The notes: generated by a model from the sequence alone, not told the origin. Shown: positions 18,499 through 30,181, numbered from the stretch's first letter. The stretch is 64,000 bases of DNA from Clostridiales bacterium (GCA_004555205.1 SFIY01000005.1:24726-88725); one strand, 5' to 3'. Translations and numbers: made by a program.

Positions 18499-20241
18499 AT
18501 GAATATGATCCAAAACGCCAAAGACCAGATCCTGCATCTGACGGTTGCATCTTATGAAAAGGCCGCGGCGGCAGGGCTTCTGCCCCAGGGCGTCAGCGTA
18601 ACACCCTCGGTGGAGATCCCCAAGGATACCGCCAACGGGGACTATACCACCACCTACTGTCTGGCAGCCGCCAAGGCCATGGGCAAAAATCCCCGTGAGG
18701 TCGCCGGTATCCTGAGAGAGAACATGTTGCTTGACGGCACCTACTTCACCTCTGTGGAGATCGCAGGCCCCGGTTTTCTGAACTTCCGTCTGGGCGACAA
18801 GTGGTTTGCCGATACCGTTGCCTGCATTGAGGACGAGGGCGCCGACTACGGCTGCAACGACATGCTCAAGGGCAAGAAATACATGGTGGAGTTTGTTTCC
18901 GCCAACCCCACCGGCCCCATGCACATGGGCAATGCCCGCGGCGGCGTGCTGGGTGATACGCTGGCCTCCGTGCTGCAAAAGTCCGGTGCGCAGGTGTGGC
19001 GTGAGTTCTATGTCAACGACGCCGGCAACCAGATCGAGAAGTTCGCCAGAAGTCTGGAGGCCCGCTACTTCCAGCTTATCAAGGGCGAGGACGCCGTGGC
19101 GTTTCCCGAGGACGGCTACCACGGCGATGACATCCGTGAGCTTGCCCGGCTTTTCTATGAAAAAGAGGGCGACAAATATCTCGATTGCGACGAGCAGAGC
19201 CGCCATGACGCACTGGCGCAGTTCGGTTTGCAGCACAACATCCCCAGGATGCGGTCCGATCTGGAGCGCTACGGCATCCGCTACGACCAGTGGTTCTTTG
19301 AATCCTCCCTGCATGAGAGCGGCTATGTGGCCGACTCGGTCAAAGAGCTGACCGAAAAGGGCTACACCTATGAAAAGGACGGCGCCCTGTGGCTCAAGAC
19401 CGGTCAGATTATAGCGGAGAACCTGAAAAAAGCCGGTAAGTCCGACGAGGACATTGCCAAGCTGGAGCTGAAAGACGACGTGCTGCGCCGCGCCAACGGT
19501 TTTTATACCTACTTTGCCGCCGACATCGCCTATCACCGCAACAAATTTGCCGTGCGCGGCTTTGACAAGGTCATCAACATCTGGGGTGCCGACCACCACG
19601 GCCATGTGGCCCGTCTGAAAGGCGCCATGGACGCACTGGGCCTCAACGGCACCGAGCGGCTGGACATCGTGCTGATGCAGCTTGTGAAGCTGGTGCAGGA
19701 CGGCGAGGTCGTCCGCATGAGCAAGCGCACCGGCAAGGCCGTCAGCCTGACCGACCTGCTGGACATGGTGCCGGTGGATGCCTGCCGGTATTTCTTCAAC
19801 GCCAAGCCCGAAACCCAGATGGAATTTGATCTGGGGCTGGCTGTCCGCGAAGACAGTGAGAATCCCGTCTACTATGTCCAGTACGCCCATGCCCGTATCT
19901 GTACGCTGCTCAAAGCACTGGCCGCCGAGGGCTATACCGTTCCTGCGGCCCGGGATGTGGACTTGAGCGTGCTGAGTGATGACACCGAAAAGGCGCTCAT
20001 CAAGGAGCTGGCCCATTATAGCGTGGTCGTCCGTCTGGCCGCCCGGGATTATGACCCCAGCTTTATCAACCGCTATCTCACCGAGCTGGCGGCAGCGTTC
20101 CATAAGTTCTACAACGCCTGCCGCATCAAGGGTGAGCGGGAGGATGTCCTGCTGGCCCGCCTGAAGCTGGCCGATACCGCCCGGGCCGTACTGAAAAACG
20201 GCATGACGCTGATCGGCTGCAGCGCACCGGAGAAAATGTAA
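18499..20241 (+). CDS. argS: Arginine--tRNA ligase
   Basis: FVSANPTGPMHMGNARG (HIGH region) and RMSKRTGK (KMSKS-like). Confidence 0.95.
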   Translation: MNMIQNAKDQILHLTVASYEKAAAAGLLPQGVSVTPSVEIPKDTANGDYTTTYCLAAAKAMGKNPREVAGILRENMLLDGTYFTSVEIAGPGFLNFRLGDKWFADTVACIEDEGADYGCNDMLKGKKYMVEFVSANPTGPMHMGNARGGVLGDTLASVLQKSGAQVWREFYVNDAGNQIEKFARSLEARYFQLIKGEDAVAFPEDGYHGDDIRELARLFYEKEGDKYLDCDEQSRHDALAQFGLQHNIPRMRSDLERYGIRYDQWFFESSLHESGYVADSVKELTEKGYTYEKDGALWLKTGQIIAENLKKAGKSDEDIAKLELKDDVLRRANGFYTYFAADIAYHRNKFAVRGFDKVINIWGADHHGHVARLKGAMDALGLNGTERLDIVLMQLVKLVQDGEVVRMSKRTGKAVSLTDLLDMVPVDACRYFFNAKPETQMEFDLGLAVREDSENPVYYVQYAHARICTLLKALAAEGYTVPAARDVDLSVLSDDTEKALIKELAHYSVVVRLAARDYDPSFINRYLTELAAAFHKFYNACRIKGEREDVLLARLKLADTARAVLKNGMTLIGCSAPEKM

Positions 20242-20242
20242 C

Positions 20243-20279
20243 AAAAAAAGAAGGCCGACGCTGTCGGCCTTCTTTTTTT
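20243..20279. terminator. Bidirectional terminator
   Basis: AAAAAAAGAAGGCCGAC-GCT-GTCGGCCTTCTTTTTTT. Confidence 0.85.
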
Positions 20280-20284
20280 CCCGT

Positions 20285-21658
20285 TTACTGCTGCTGCGCC
20301 AGGTACCGCGCCACATAGACGCCGCTGGCGCTGGCATGGCTCAGCGAGTGGGTCACGCCGCTGCCGTCACCGATGATGAACAACCCCTTATGGCAGGTTT
20401 CCAAATGCTCATCCAGCGTCACTTCCATGTTGTAGAACTTGACCTCCACGCCGTAAAGCAGGGTGTCGTCGTTGGCCGTGCCGGGGGCGATCTTATCCAG
20501 CGCATAGATCATTTCCATGATGCCGTCCAGAATACGCTTGGGCATCACCAGGCTCAAGTCGCCCGGCGTGGCCGACAGCGTAGGATGGACATAGCTCTCC
20601 GCCATGCGCTTGGGCGTGGAGCGTTGACCGCGTATCAGATCGCCGAAGCGCTGCACCATGACACCGCCGCCGAGCATATTGCTCAGCCGTGCGATGCTCT
20701 CGCCGTAGCCGTTGGAATCCTTGAACGGCTCGGAGAAATGCTTCGCCACCAGCAGCGCAAAGTTGGTGTTCTCGGTGTGCAGTTTCGGATCTTCATAGCT
20801 GTGACCGTTGACGGTGACAATGCCGTTGGTATTTTCGTTGACCACCACGCCCTTGGGGTTCATGCAGAAGGTACGCACCTTGTCCTGATAGCGCTTGGTG
20901 CGGTAGACGATCTTGCTTTCATACAGTTCATCGGTCAGATGGGCAAACACCTCATAGGGCAGCTCCACCCGCACGCCGATGTCCACCCGGTTGGAGTTGG
21001 TCTTGATGTCCAGTGCGCGGCACACCGTTTCCATCCACTTGCTGCCGCTGCGTCCCACGGATACGATACAGTAGCGCCCCTCAAAGTCACCATGATCCGT
21101 GGTCACGCAATAGCCGTCCGTCTGCTTTTCAATGGTGCGGGCCGGTGTTTCAAAAAATATCTCCACACCCTGTCCTACCAGCGTCTTATACAGGTTTTCC
21201 AGCACCACATAGTTGATATCCGTGCCCAAATGACGCACCGAGGCGTTGAGCAGATGCAGGTCATTTTCCAGACAGAGCTTGGTGATCTTCGGTGACCCGG
21301 CATGGTAAATGTGTGTTCCCTCGCCGCCGTTGGCTACGTTGATCTCGTCCACATACTCCATCAGCGCCATGGCCTCGTCCCGCCCGATATACTCATACAG
21401 CGTGCCGCCGAACTCATTGGTCATGTTGTATTTCCCGTCGGAGAAGGCGCCTGCGCCGCCAAAGCCGTTCATAATGGCGCAGGAGGGACACTTGATGCAG
21501 CTTTTCACCTTCACCCCGTCAATGGGGCAATGGCGCTTATCCAACGCCCGACCGGCCTCCAGCATGGCAATTTTCGCCGTCGGCCATTTCTGCACCAGCT
21601 CGTATGCCGCAAAAATACCGCCCGGTCCGCCACCGATAATCAATACATCGTATTTCAT
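20285..21658 (-). CDS. FAD-dependent oxidoreductase of unknown substrate (COG2509-like)
   Basis: MKYDVLIIGGGPGGIFAA dinucleotide-binding motif and a Cys cluster CIKCPSCAI. Start at 21658 with GGAGGG upstream. Confidence 0.7.
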   Translation of the reverse strand: MKYDVLIIGGGPGGIFAAYELVQKWPTAKIAMLEAGRALDKRHCPIDGVKVKSCIKCPSCAIMNGFGGAGAFSDGKYNMTNEFGGTLYEYIGRDEAMALMEYVDEINVANGGEGTHIYHAGSPKITKLCLENDLHLLNASVRHLGTDINYVVLENLYKTLVGQGVEIFFETPARTIEKQTDGYCVTTDHGDFEGRYCIVSVGRSGSKWMETVCRALDIKTNSNRVDIGVRVELPYEVFAHLTDELYESKIVYRTKRYQDKVRTFCMNPKGVVVNENTNGIVTVNGHSYEDPKLHTENTNFALLVAKHFSEPFKDSNGYGESIARLSNMLGGGVMVQRFGDLIRGQRSTPKRMAESYVHPTLSATPGDLSLVMPKRILDGIMEMIYALDKIAPGTANDDTLLYGVEVKFYNMEVTLDEHLETCHKGLFIIGDGSGVTHSLSHASASGVYVARYLAQQQ

Positions 21659-21780
21659 AACAGTTGCCCTCCGTTCCATAGTTTTTTCTAATACCATTTC
21701 ATATTATATTAAATATGCTTCTGTGTCGCAAGTAATTTTTACTAATGGCAGATATGGCCTCCGCTTCATGCTCTTTTCTC

Positions 21781-21809
21781 TTGCACGGCGCTGCCGTTCA
21801 TGATATGAT
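21781..21809 (+). promoter_or_regulatory. Promoter for thyA-folA
   Basis: TTGCAC, 17 nt, TGaTATGAT (extended -10) ending at 21809. Confidence 0.55.
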
Positions 21810-21840
21810 AAATAAAATACGACCATGCGGAGGAATCACG

Positions 21841-22671
21841 ATGAGCTACGCTGATGAAATTTTCAAGCAGAACTGCCGCGATATTTTGCGAAACGGCGTC
21901 TGGGATACCGATTTAAATGTCCGTCCCCATTGGGAGGACGGGGCACCGGCCCATACGGTGAAGAAGTTCGGCATTGTCAACCGCTATGATCTGCAGGAGG
22001 AGTTTCCCATTCTGACGATTCGCCGCACCTATTTCAAGACCTGCATTGACGAGCTTCTGTGGATCTGGCAGCAGAAGTCCAACAATATTCACGACCTGCG
22101 CGGCCATATCTGGGATAGCTGGGCCGATGAAAACGGCTCGATCGGCAAGGCCTACGGCTACCAGTTAGGCGTCAAGCACCAATACCCCGAGGGTGAGATG
22201 GATCAGGTGGACCGGGTGCTGTACGATCTGAAGCATAACCCCGCCTCCCGCCGTATCCTTACCAATATCTATAACTTTGCAGACCTGCATGAGATGGCGC
22301 TCTATCCCTGCGCCTATTCCATGACCTTCAATGTGTCCGGCAATACGCTCAATGCTATTTTGAACCAGCGCAGTCAGGATATGCTGGCCGCCAACAACTG
22401 GAATGTGGTGCAGTACAGCGTACTGGTCCACATGATGGCACAGGTCTCGGGCCTGCAGGCAGGCGAACTGGTGCATGTGATCGCCGACGCGCATATCTAT
22501 GACCGCCATGTGCCTATCATTGAGAAAATGCTGGAAAAGGACGGCCGCAGCGCGCCCCGGTTTATCATGGACAAGTCTGTCACCGACTTCTATCAGTTTA
22601 CCCGGGACAGCTTCTCACTGGAGGGGTATGACCCCCATCCCTTTGACGACAGGATTCCTGTCGCTATCTGA
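21841..22671 (+). CDS. thyA: Thymidylate synthase (ThyA)
   Basis: DELLWIWQ, PCAYSMTFNV (catalytic Cys) and NQRSQDM motifs. Start at MSYADEIF with GGAGGA upstream. Confidence 0.95.
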   Translation: MSYADEIFKQNCRDILRNGVWDTDLNVRPHWEDGAPAHTVKKFGIVNRYDLQEEFPILTIRRTYFKTCIDELLWIWQQKSNNIHDLRGHIWDSWADENGSIGKAYGYQLGVKHQYPEGEMDQVDRVLYDLKHNPASRRILTNIYNFADLHEMALYPCAYSMTFNVSGNTLNAILNQRSQDMLAANNWNVVQYSVLVHMMAQVSGLQAGELVHVIADAHIYDRHVPIIEKMLEKDGRSAPRFIMDKSVTDFYQFTRDSFSLEGYDPHPFDDRIPVAI

Positions 22672-22680
22672 GGTTGTGCC

Positions 22681-23145
22681 ATGAACGCTATCGTAGCCAT
22701 TTCCGAAAACGGCGGCATCGGCAAGGATAACGGGCTGCTCTTTCATATCAGCGCTGATTTGAAGCGTTTTAAAGAGCTGACCTCCGGCCACACGGTCATC
22801 ATGGGCCGCAAAACGCTGCAGTCCCTGCCCGGCGGCCGCGGATTGCCCAACCGCCGCAATATCGTCATTACCCGTGACATCGATTTTACGGCTGAGGGCG
22901 CCGAAATCGTCCACTCCGTGGATGAAGCGCTGGCCCTGGCGGAGGAGGACGCGTTTGTCATTGGCGGTGCGAGTATTTATCAAGCCATGCTCCCCTATTG
23001 CGACAAGGTGTATCTGACCATGGTGTATGCCGACGCAGAAGCGGATGTTTTCTTCCCCTCGCTGGACGGCTGGCAGATCCTCCGCCGGAGCGAAATGCAG
23101 GAGGAAAACGGTCTCCGCTTCCAATATATTGATTACATGCGCTGA
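22681..23145 (+). CDS. folA: Dihydrofolate reductase
   Basis: MNAIVAISENGGIGKDNGLLFHISADLKRFKELTSGHTVIMGRKT is the classic DHFR N-terminus. Confidence 0.95.
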   Translation: MNAIVAISENGGIGKDNGLLFHISADLKRFKELTSGHTVIMGRKTLQSLPGGRGLPNRRNIVITRDIDFTAEGAEIVHSVDEALALAEEDAFVIGGASIYQAMLPYCDKVYLTMVYADAEADVFFPSLDGWQILRRSEMQEENGLRFQYIDYMR

Positions 23146-23202
23146 CACGAAAGATTGCGGCGCATAAGCCGCGGATGCGTACGGGAATTATGTATATTGA
23201 AA

Positions 23203-23234
23203 AAAGGAGTAGTCTCTTTCGAGATTACTCCTTT
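23203..23234 (+). terminator. Terminator after folA
   Basis: AAAGGAGTAGTCTC-TTTC-GAGATTACTCCTTT. Confidence 0.75.
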
Positions 23235-23489
23235 TACTTGCCTCACGGCAGACAACCGCCGCTTGTTGTCCCTCCGTTTCTGCACACATTCAACAACAGG
23301 TCACATCTATCCTCATATACGAACAATTCTCCGCTGCAAAGCTTTGATATGCTGCCATGCACGGTTTTGCGGCAGGTTTTTACCCTCCATCCGCGAAAAC
23401 CCATGTAAAACATTGCCCGAATTTCATAAGCTCCGTTCATTTGTATTCTCTCCCACCCACTTTATTTACATGGAAAAGCAATAAAGCGC

Positions 23490-24579
<1,090 letters not shown>

Positions 24580-24614
24580 TTGTTTGTCTCCTCATTTTTC
24601 TTCCATACTCATTT

Positions 24615-24658
24615 GCACAGCAAAGCCGCCTTCTGTGCCGGAAGCGGCTTTGCTGTGC
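24615..24658 (+). terminator. Terminator after gap
   Basis: GCACAGCAAAGCCGC (24615-24629) pairs with GCGGCTTTGCTGTGC (24644-24658), followed by TTTAT. Confidence 0.7.
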
Positions 24659-24819
24659 TTTATGCAAACAATAGTGCACTGATCGGCGCAATACCACAGG
24701 CCGTTTGTTCCCTGGCAGCCTGAATTGGCATGAATTGTTTTGCAAATTAGATTTTATTTGTAATTTCCGCACGCCAATGCTACAATGAAGTGTAGTATGT
24801 GAAAAAGGGGGTTGCGGTC

Positions 24820-26874
24820 ATGCCGGCCTTGCAAACGGATGTGCGCTATATCAAGGGTATCGGAGAAGCACGCGCCAAGGCGCTTAATAAATTGGGCATT
24901 TTTACCCTCCGCGATCTGATCTCCTACTTCCCCCGCACCTATGAAGACCGCACTCTCACCCGCCCCATTCGTGAGCTGATGTTGGGCGAACACGCCTGCG
25001 TTCGCGCCATGATCGCCGCCGAGCCTACGGCGCACCGTATTCGCGGCGGCAAGATGCTGGTAAAGGTACGCGCCGTGGACGACAGCGGCTCGATGGATGT
25101 GGTCTTTTTCAATCAGGAGTACCGCAAAAGCAGCCTCCATGCCGGTCAAACCTATATTTTTTACGGCAAAGTGGAGGGCGACCTGATTCGCCGTCAAATG
25201 GTCAACCCCATTTTGGAGCCGGAGGGACGGCAAATGCTCACCGGGCGCATTATGCCTGTCTATCCCCTGACCGCCGGGGTCAGCCAGTTGATTTTGAGCA
25301 AGACCGTGCGCCAGGGCTTGGACGCCTGCCGTGAATTGATGAGCGATGTATTGCCGGACGATGTTCGCCGCGCCCACCGGCTTTGCTACGCCAATTACGC
25401 CTACGAAAATATCCATTTCCCCACTGCGCCCGAAGCACTGGAGGCGGCGCGCCGCCGCTTGTCGTTTGAAGAGTTGTTTTTGCTCACCTGCGGGCTGTCC
25501 ATGCTCCGCCGGCGCCGCCGCGATGCGGCAGGCCCTGCCTGTCATGCGGTGGATCTGTCGGTTTTCTGTCAGGCGCTTCCCTTCCCCCTGACCGGTGCGC
25601 AAAAGCGGGCCATTGACGATGCCGTCGCCGACATGATCGGCGGGAAGCCTATGAATCGCCTGTGTCAGGGCGATGTGGGCAGCGGCAAAACCATGGTCGC
25701 CGCCGCCTGCGTATGGTTTGCCGCGCAAAACGGCTGGCAGTCGGCGCTGATGGCCCCTACCGAAATTCTGGCACGCCAGCACTATGAAAATTTGGCACCG
25801 CTGTTTGAGCGCTTCCATATCCGCTGCGCGCTTTTGACCGGCTCGGTGAGGGCTTCGGCGCGCCGCGAGATTTTATCCGCTCTTCGCAGCGGCGAGATCG
25901 ACCTGTGTATCGGTACCCATGCCCTGCTCACTGACGATGTAGCCTACTGCCGTCTGGGGCTTGTCATCACCGATGAGCAGCACCGCTTCGGCGTCAACCA
26001 ACGCGCGCTGCTGTCGCAAAAGGCGGAAAACCCTCATATGCTGGTGCTCTCCGCCACACCCATTCCCCGCACGCTGGCGCTGGTCATCTACGGCGATTTG
26101 GATGTGTCGGTCATCAATGAGCTGCCGCCCGGCCGTCAAAAGGTGGATACCTTTTCGGTGGGCGAGGACTATCGCAGCCGCATCAACGCCTTTATCCGCA
26201 AGCAGGTCAGCCAGGGCCATCAGGTGTTTATCGTCTGTCCGCTGGTGGGTGATGACGATACCGTCCCCGATGAGCGCAAGGCGGTCACGGCCTATGCCGG
26301 GAAGCTGCAGGAGGAAACCTTCCCTGATCTGCGCGTCAGCGTCCTGCACGGCAAGATGAAGGCCAAGGAAAAGGAGTCCGTCATGGCCGCCTTCGCCGCA
26401 GGCGAGAGCGACATTCTCGTTTCCACCACGGTAATCGAGGTGGGCGTGGATGTGCCCAATGCCAATACGATGGTGGTGGAAAACGCCGACCGTTTCGGCC
26501 TCTCCCAGCTTCACCAGCTCCGCGGCCGTGTGGGCCGCGGCAGCGCCAAGTCCTATTGCATCCTGCTTTCCGACACGCAAAATGAGGAAACCCGCCGCCG
26601 CTTAAAGGTGATGACCCAGACCAATGACGGCTTCAAAATATCGGAGGAAGACCTGCGTCTGCGCGGGCCCGGCGACTTTTTCGGCGCACGGCAGCACGGT
26701 CTGCCTGCCTTGAAAATTGCCGATCTGAGCTGCGATATGCGGCTTTTGGACGAGGCGCAGCAGGCCGCCAGAGAGCTGATGTCCGTTGACCCGGAGCTGT
26801 CCCTGCCCGAACACCGCGCCTTGCGCGAGCGGATTGAGGAATTGTTCGCACTCCATGCCGACAGTCTGAATTAA
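24820..26874 (+). CDS. recG: ATP-dependent DNA helicase RecG
   Basis: Wedge domain plus GDVGSGKT Walker A, DEQHRFG and QLHQLRGRVGRG motifs. Confidence 0.95.
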   Translation: MPALQTDVRYIKGIGEARAKALNKLGIFTLRDLISYFPRTYEDRTLTRPIRELMLGEHACVRAMIAAEPTAHRIRGGKMLVKVRAVDDSGSMDVVFFNQEYRKSSLHAGQTYIFYGKVEGDLIRRQMVNPILEPEGRQMLTGRIMPVYPLTAGVSQLILSKTVRQGLDACRELMSDVLPDDVRRAHRLCYANYAYENIHFPTAPEALEAARRRLSFEELFLLTCGLSMLRRRRRDAAGPACHAVDLSVFCQALPFPLTGAQKRAIDDAVADMIGGKPMNRLCQGDVGSGKTMVAAACVWFAAQNGWQSALMAPTEILARQHYENLAPLFERFHIRCALLTGSVRASARREILSALRSGEIDLCIGTHALLTDDVAYCRLGLVITDEQHRFGVNQRALLSQKAENPHMLVLSATPIPRTLALVIYGDLDVSVINELPPGRQKVDTFSVGEDYRSRINAFIRKQVSQGHQVFIVCPLVGDDDTVPDERKAVTAYAGKLQEETFPDLRVSVLHGKMKAKEKESVMAAFAAGESDILVSTTVIEVGVDVPNANTMVVENADRFGLSQLHQLRGRVGRGSAKSYCILLSDTQNEETRRRLKVMTQTNDGFKISEEDLRLRGPGDFFGARQHGLPALKIADLSCDMRLLDEAQQAARELMSVDPELSLPEHRALRERIEELFALHADSLN

Positions 26875-26892
26875 ACGGAAGCACAACGTATA

Positions 26893-26918
26893 AGTGCCGG
26901 AGCATTCGCTCCGGCACT
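26893..26918. terminator. Terminator between recG and nudC (convergent)
   Basis: AGTGCCGGAGC-ATTC-GCTCCGGCACT. Confidence 0.75.
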
Positions 26919-26948
26919 TTCTTCATTCATGTTTCTCCCTTGGTCGCT

Positions 26949-27794
26949 CTATTCCATTCCCAGTCGAAATCGCTCCATCATCTCTGCCGTCAGGCTGATG
27001 TCGTTTTCCCGCGGCACGATCTCGTCGCGGCGCAGCCACACGCCCTCGCACAGCTCGTTGCGATCCAATGTAACATCTGCTTCGCCGTCCAGCTCGCAGT
27101 AGAAGCCCACCAGCATGGCGTCGGTAAAGGCCCAGGGCTGATTTTTGTAGTAGCGCAGGTTCTTTACCCGCAGCCCTACTTCCTCCATGACCTCCCGGTG
27201 CACGGTGTCCTCTAAGGTTTCACCGATCTCCACAAATCCGGCAATCAATGCCCAGCCGTTGTAGGGTCGGTTGGCATAGCGTGTCGCCAGCAGCCTCTCG
27301 CCGTCCCTCACCGCCACGATCACCGCCGGGCAAATCTTCGGATACTCTGTCAGGCCGCACGCAGGGCAAACGATCGCCCGCTCCGTCCGGCTGTGCTCCG
27401 TTTTCGCGCCGCACCGTCCGCAATAGGCGCGACATTCATACCACCGCCTTAGCTGCTCGCCGGTAACGGCGGCAAAGGCCACCTCCATCGGCCGCACCGC
27501 ACGCAAGCTGCGCATGGATACATATTCCCATGAGGTATCGGGCAGGTCTTCCTCGCTCATCTCCGTGTGCGCGGTAAAGCATCCCACGCCGTCAAGGGCG
27601 AACACATGGCAGGCCGCTTCGCCGTCCGGCCGCCACTGTGCCGGAAAATCGCCGAAGCGCGGCAGTGCATAGCTGGCTTCCTCCCGGCGCAGCAGCACCT
27701 TGCCCGCCCGGTAACACAGGGCAATATCCTGCGCCGTTGCCTTTTGCCGGGAATAGCTTCTGTCAAACTGATGGTTTCCGATGTCCTGAATCAT
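26949..27794 (-). CDS. nudC: NAD(+) diphosphatase (Nudix with zinc ribbon)
   Basis: Track ORF 26949..28751 is over-extended. Internal start MIQDIGNHQF at 27794. CGRCGAKT...CPACG zinc ribbon and Nudix box GFVEIGETLEDTVHREVMEEVG. Confidence 0.8.
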   Translation of the reverse strand: MIQDIGNHQFDRSYSRQKATAQDIALCYRAGKVLLRREEASYALPRFGDFPAQWRPDGEAACHVFALDGVGCFTAHTEMSEEDLPDTSWEYVSMRSLRAVRPMEVAFAAVTGEQLRRWYECRAYCGRCGAKTEHSRTERAIVCPACGLTEYPKICPAVIVAVRDGERLLATRYANRPYNGWALIAGFVEIGETLEDTVHREVMEEVGLRVKNLRYYKNQPWAFTDAMLVGFYCELDGEADVTLDRNELCEGVWLRRDEIVPRENDISLTAEMMERFRLGME

Positions 27795-27929
27795 AGCGCG
27801 CCTCGATTCGTGCATAATTATTTTTATTATATCCTGATTCTTGCAAAATACAATAGCGCAATTTTTCGTCTTTTCTTTTCTGTTTCGCCATGCTACAATA
27901 CTTTCAAATACCGAAGGGAGGTGTCGGGC

Positions 27930-29768
27930 ATGACAAGGGATGAGCTGCGTCAGAAAGCCAATGATCTGCCGCTGCAGCCGGGTGTCTATCTGATGATGGA
28001 TAAAACCGGCAGGGTCATCTATGTGGGCAAGGCGAAAAAACTGAAAAACCGTGTCAGCCAGTACTTCCAAAGCGGCGCAGGCCATAATGAAAAGACCCGT
28101 ACCATGGTCTCGCAGGTGGATCATTTCGATACCATCTTTGTCCGCACGGAGTTTGAGGCGCTGATTCTGGAAAACTCCCTTATCAAGCACCATCAGCCGC
28201 GATATAATATTCTGCTGAAAGACGATAAGGGCTATCCCTTTATCCGTCTGAACACCGGTGCCCCCTACCCTCGCTTTACGCTGGTCAGCAAGGCAGCGGA
28301 CGACGGCGCCAGGTATTTCGGCCCCTTCGGCGGCCGTCGGGAAACGCGGCTGGCCATTGACGCGGTATGCAGCGCCCTGAAGCTGCCCACCTGCCATCGG
28401 CAGTTCCCCCGCGACATCGGCAAAGACCGTCCGTGCCTGAACCACCACATCGGCCGCTGTGACGGGTTCTGTCTGCCTGACGGCCCCACGCAGGCGGAGT
28501 ATCGCCGCCGCATGGAGCAGGCCGTCCGTATTTTCAGCGGCCATTACCGTCAGCTCACTGCCGAATGGCAGCAGGAGATGGCGCAGGCCGCCGAGGATTT
28601 GCAGTTTGAAAAGGCCGCCGCCCTGCGTGACCGCATCCGCGCCGTTTCGGTGCTGGGCAAGCAGCAGCAGGTCATTGCCGGTGTGTGCGCCGATACGGAT
28701 ATTTGGGGCATTTATGCCGGCGAGGTGCGCTGCGGCGCAGCGGTACTGCATATTGAGGCGGGTAATCTCTTAGGCCGTGAAACGGAGGTCTTTCCTGCCG
28801 CCGCAGACGAGGGAGAGTCGGATATTCTCGCGGCGGTACTGAGCCAATACTATCTGGATAAACAGGTTCTTCCTTCGGAAATCGTTGTGCCTGCCTCCTG
28901 GGAGGATTGTGATACCTTTGCCGCGCTGCTCAGCCGGCGCTGCGGCCATAAGGTAAGCGTGCGCGTTCCACAGCGCGGTGAGCGCATGGAGCTTCTGCGT
29001 CTGGCCGGGCGCAATGCCCGCGAGGAGGTAGAGCGCATGACCACCGACTGTGAGCGCACCAACAAAACATTGGAACAACTGGGCGCATTGGCCGGTTTAC
29101 CCGAAGCGCCACGCCGCATGGAGGCCTATGATATTTCCCATACCGGCAGCGATGATATGGTGGCCTCCATGGTGGTCTTTGCAGACGGCAAGCCGCTCAA
29201 GCGCGACTATCGCCGCTTCCAGATCAAAACACTGACCGCACCGGATGACTATGCGGCCATGCGCGAGGTGCTGATGCGGCGCTTCCGCCGCTATTTGGAC
29301 GGCGATGAGAAATTCAAAGAGCGCCCCGATCTGCTGCTGATTGACGGCGGCGAAATGCATGCCCGTACAGCGCGGGAAGCGCTGTGGCAGTTGGGCTTGA
29401 CCGACATTCCCATCCTCGGCATGGTCAAGGATGACCGTCACCGCACCCGCGCCCTGATGACGCCCGACGGCAGCGAGCTGGGTATTCAGCAAAGCCCCTC
29501 CCTGTTCGCCCTGATCGGACGGGTACAGGAGGAAGTCCACCGCTTCGCCATCACCTATCACCATGAAAAGCACACCAAGAGCGCCTATCGCTCCAAGCTG
29601 GACGGCATTCCGGGCGTGGGCGAAAAGCGCAAAGCCGCACTTTTGAAGCATTTTAAGAGCATCAAGGCCATTGAACAGGCTGACCCGTCAGCATTGGAGG
29701 CCGTCTTGCCCCACGCTGCCGCTCAGGCGGTTTACCGCCACTTCCACAAGGACGACGCCTCGCAATGA
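27930..29768 (+). CDS. uvrC: Excinuclease ABC subunit C
   Basis: Start MTRDELRQKANDLPLQPGVYLMMDKTGRVIYVGKAKKLKNRVSQYF (GIY-YIG), UVR motif FEKAAALRDRI, C-terminal HhH. Track ORF 27567.. is over-extended. Confidence 0.95.
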   Translation: MTRDELRQKANDLPLQPGVYLMMDKTGRVIYVGKAKKLKNRVSQYFQSGAGHNEKTRTMVSQVDHFDTIFVRTEFEALILENSLIKHHQPRYNILLKDDKGYPFIRLNTGAPYPRFTLVSKAADDGARYFGPFGGRRETRLAIDAVCSALKLPTCHRQFPRDIGKDRPCLNHHIGRCDGFCLPDGPTQAEYRRRMEQAVRIFSGHYRQLTAEWQQEMAQAAEDLQFEKAAALRDRIRAVSVLGKQQQVIAGVCADTDIWGIYAGEVRCGAAVLHIEAGNLLGRETEVFPAAADEGESDILAAVLSQYYLDKQVLPSEIVVPASWEDCDTFAALLSRRCGHKVSVRVPQRGERMELLRLAGRNAREEVERMTTDCERTNKTLEQLGALAGLPEAPRRMEAYDISHTGSDDMVASMVVFADGKPLKRDYRRFQIKTLTAPDDYAAMREVLMRRFRRYLDGDEKFKERPDLLLIDGGEMHARTAREALWQLGLTDIPILGMVKDDRHRTRALMTPDGSELGIQQSPSLFALIGRVQEEVHRFAITYHHEKHTKSAYRSKLDGIPGVGEKRKAALLKHFKSIKAIEQADPSALEAVLPHAAAQAVYRHFHKDDASQ

Positions 29769-29873
29769 CTGTTTGCGATGATCGGCGGATCGGCCCGCTC
29801 CTGAACGCTCCGGCCCCAGCGCCGCGCGGCGGCTGATGATTGACGCAAAAGGCGGACTGCCAATAAAAAAGCT

Positions 29874-29907
29874 AAAAAAGCGACGGACGAAAGTCCGTCG
29901 CTTTTTT
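29874..29907. terminator. Bidirectional terminator between uvrC and ptsH
   Basis: AAAAAAGCGACGGAC-GAAA-GTCCGTCGCTTTTTT. Confidence 0.85.
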
Positions 29908-29917
29908 ATTGTATCAA

Positions 29918-30181
29918 TTATTCGCCGAAATTGTTCTCCACCAGAGTGCTCAGGGATTCCACGGCGGCCTGTTCGTCACTGCCGTCGGCGATCAGGGTAA
30001 TGGTCGTTCCCTGCATGATGCCCAAGGACAAAACACCCAGCAGGCTCTTGGCATTCACACGGCGTTCTTCCTTCTCCACCCAAATGCCGCTTTTGAACTC
30101 ATTGGCCTTCTGAATGAAATAAGTAGCAGGTCTTGCGTGCAGACCAACCTCATTTTTAATGGTCAGTTCCTTTGTAAACAT
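29918..30181 (-). CDS. ptsH: Phosphocarrier protein HPr
   Basis: MFTKELTIKNEVGLHARPA (His15 site) and NAKSLLGVLSLG (Ser46 site). 87 aa from the ATG at 30181. Confidence 0.9.
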   Translation of the reverse strand: MFTKELTIKNEVGLHARPATYFIQKANEFKSGIWVEKEERRVNAKSLLGVLSLGIMQGTTITLIADGSDEQAAVESLSTLVENNFGE

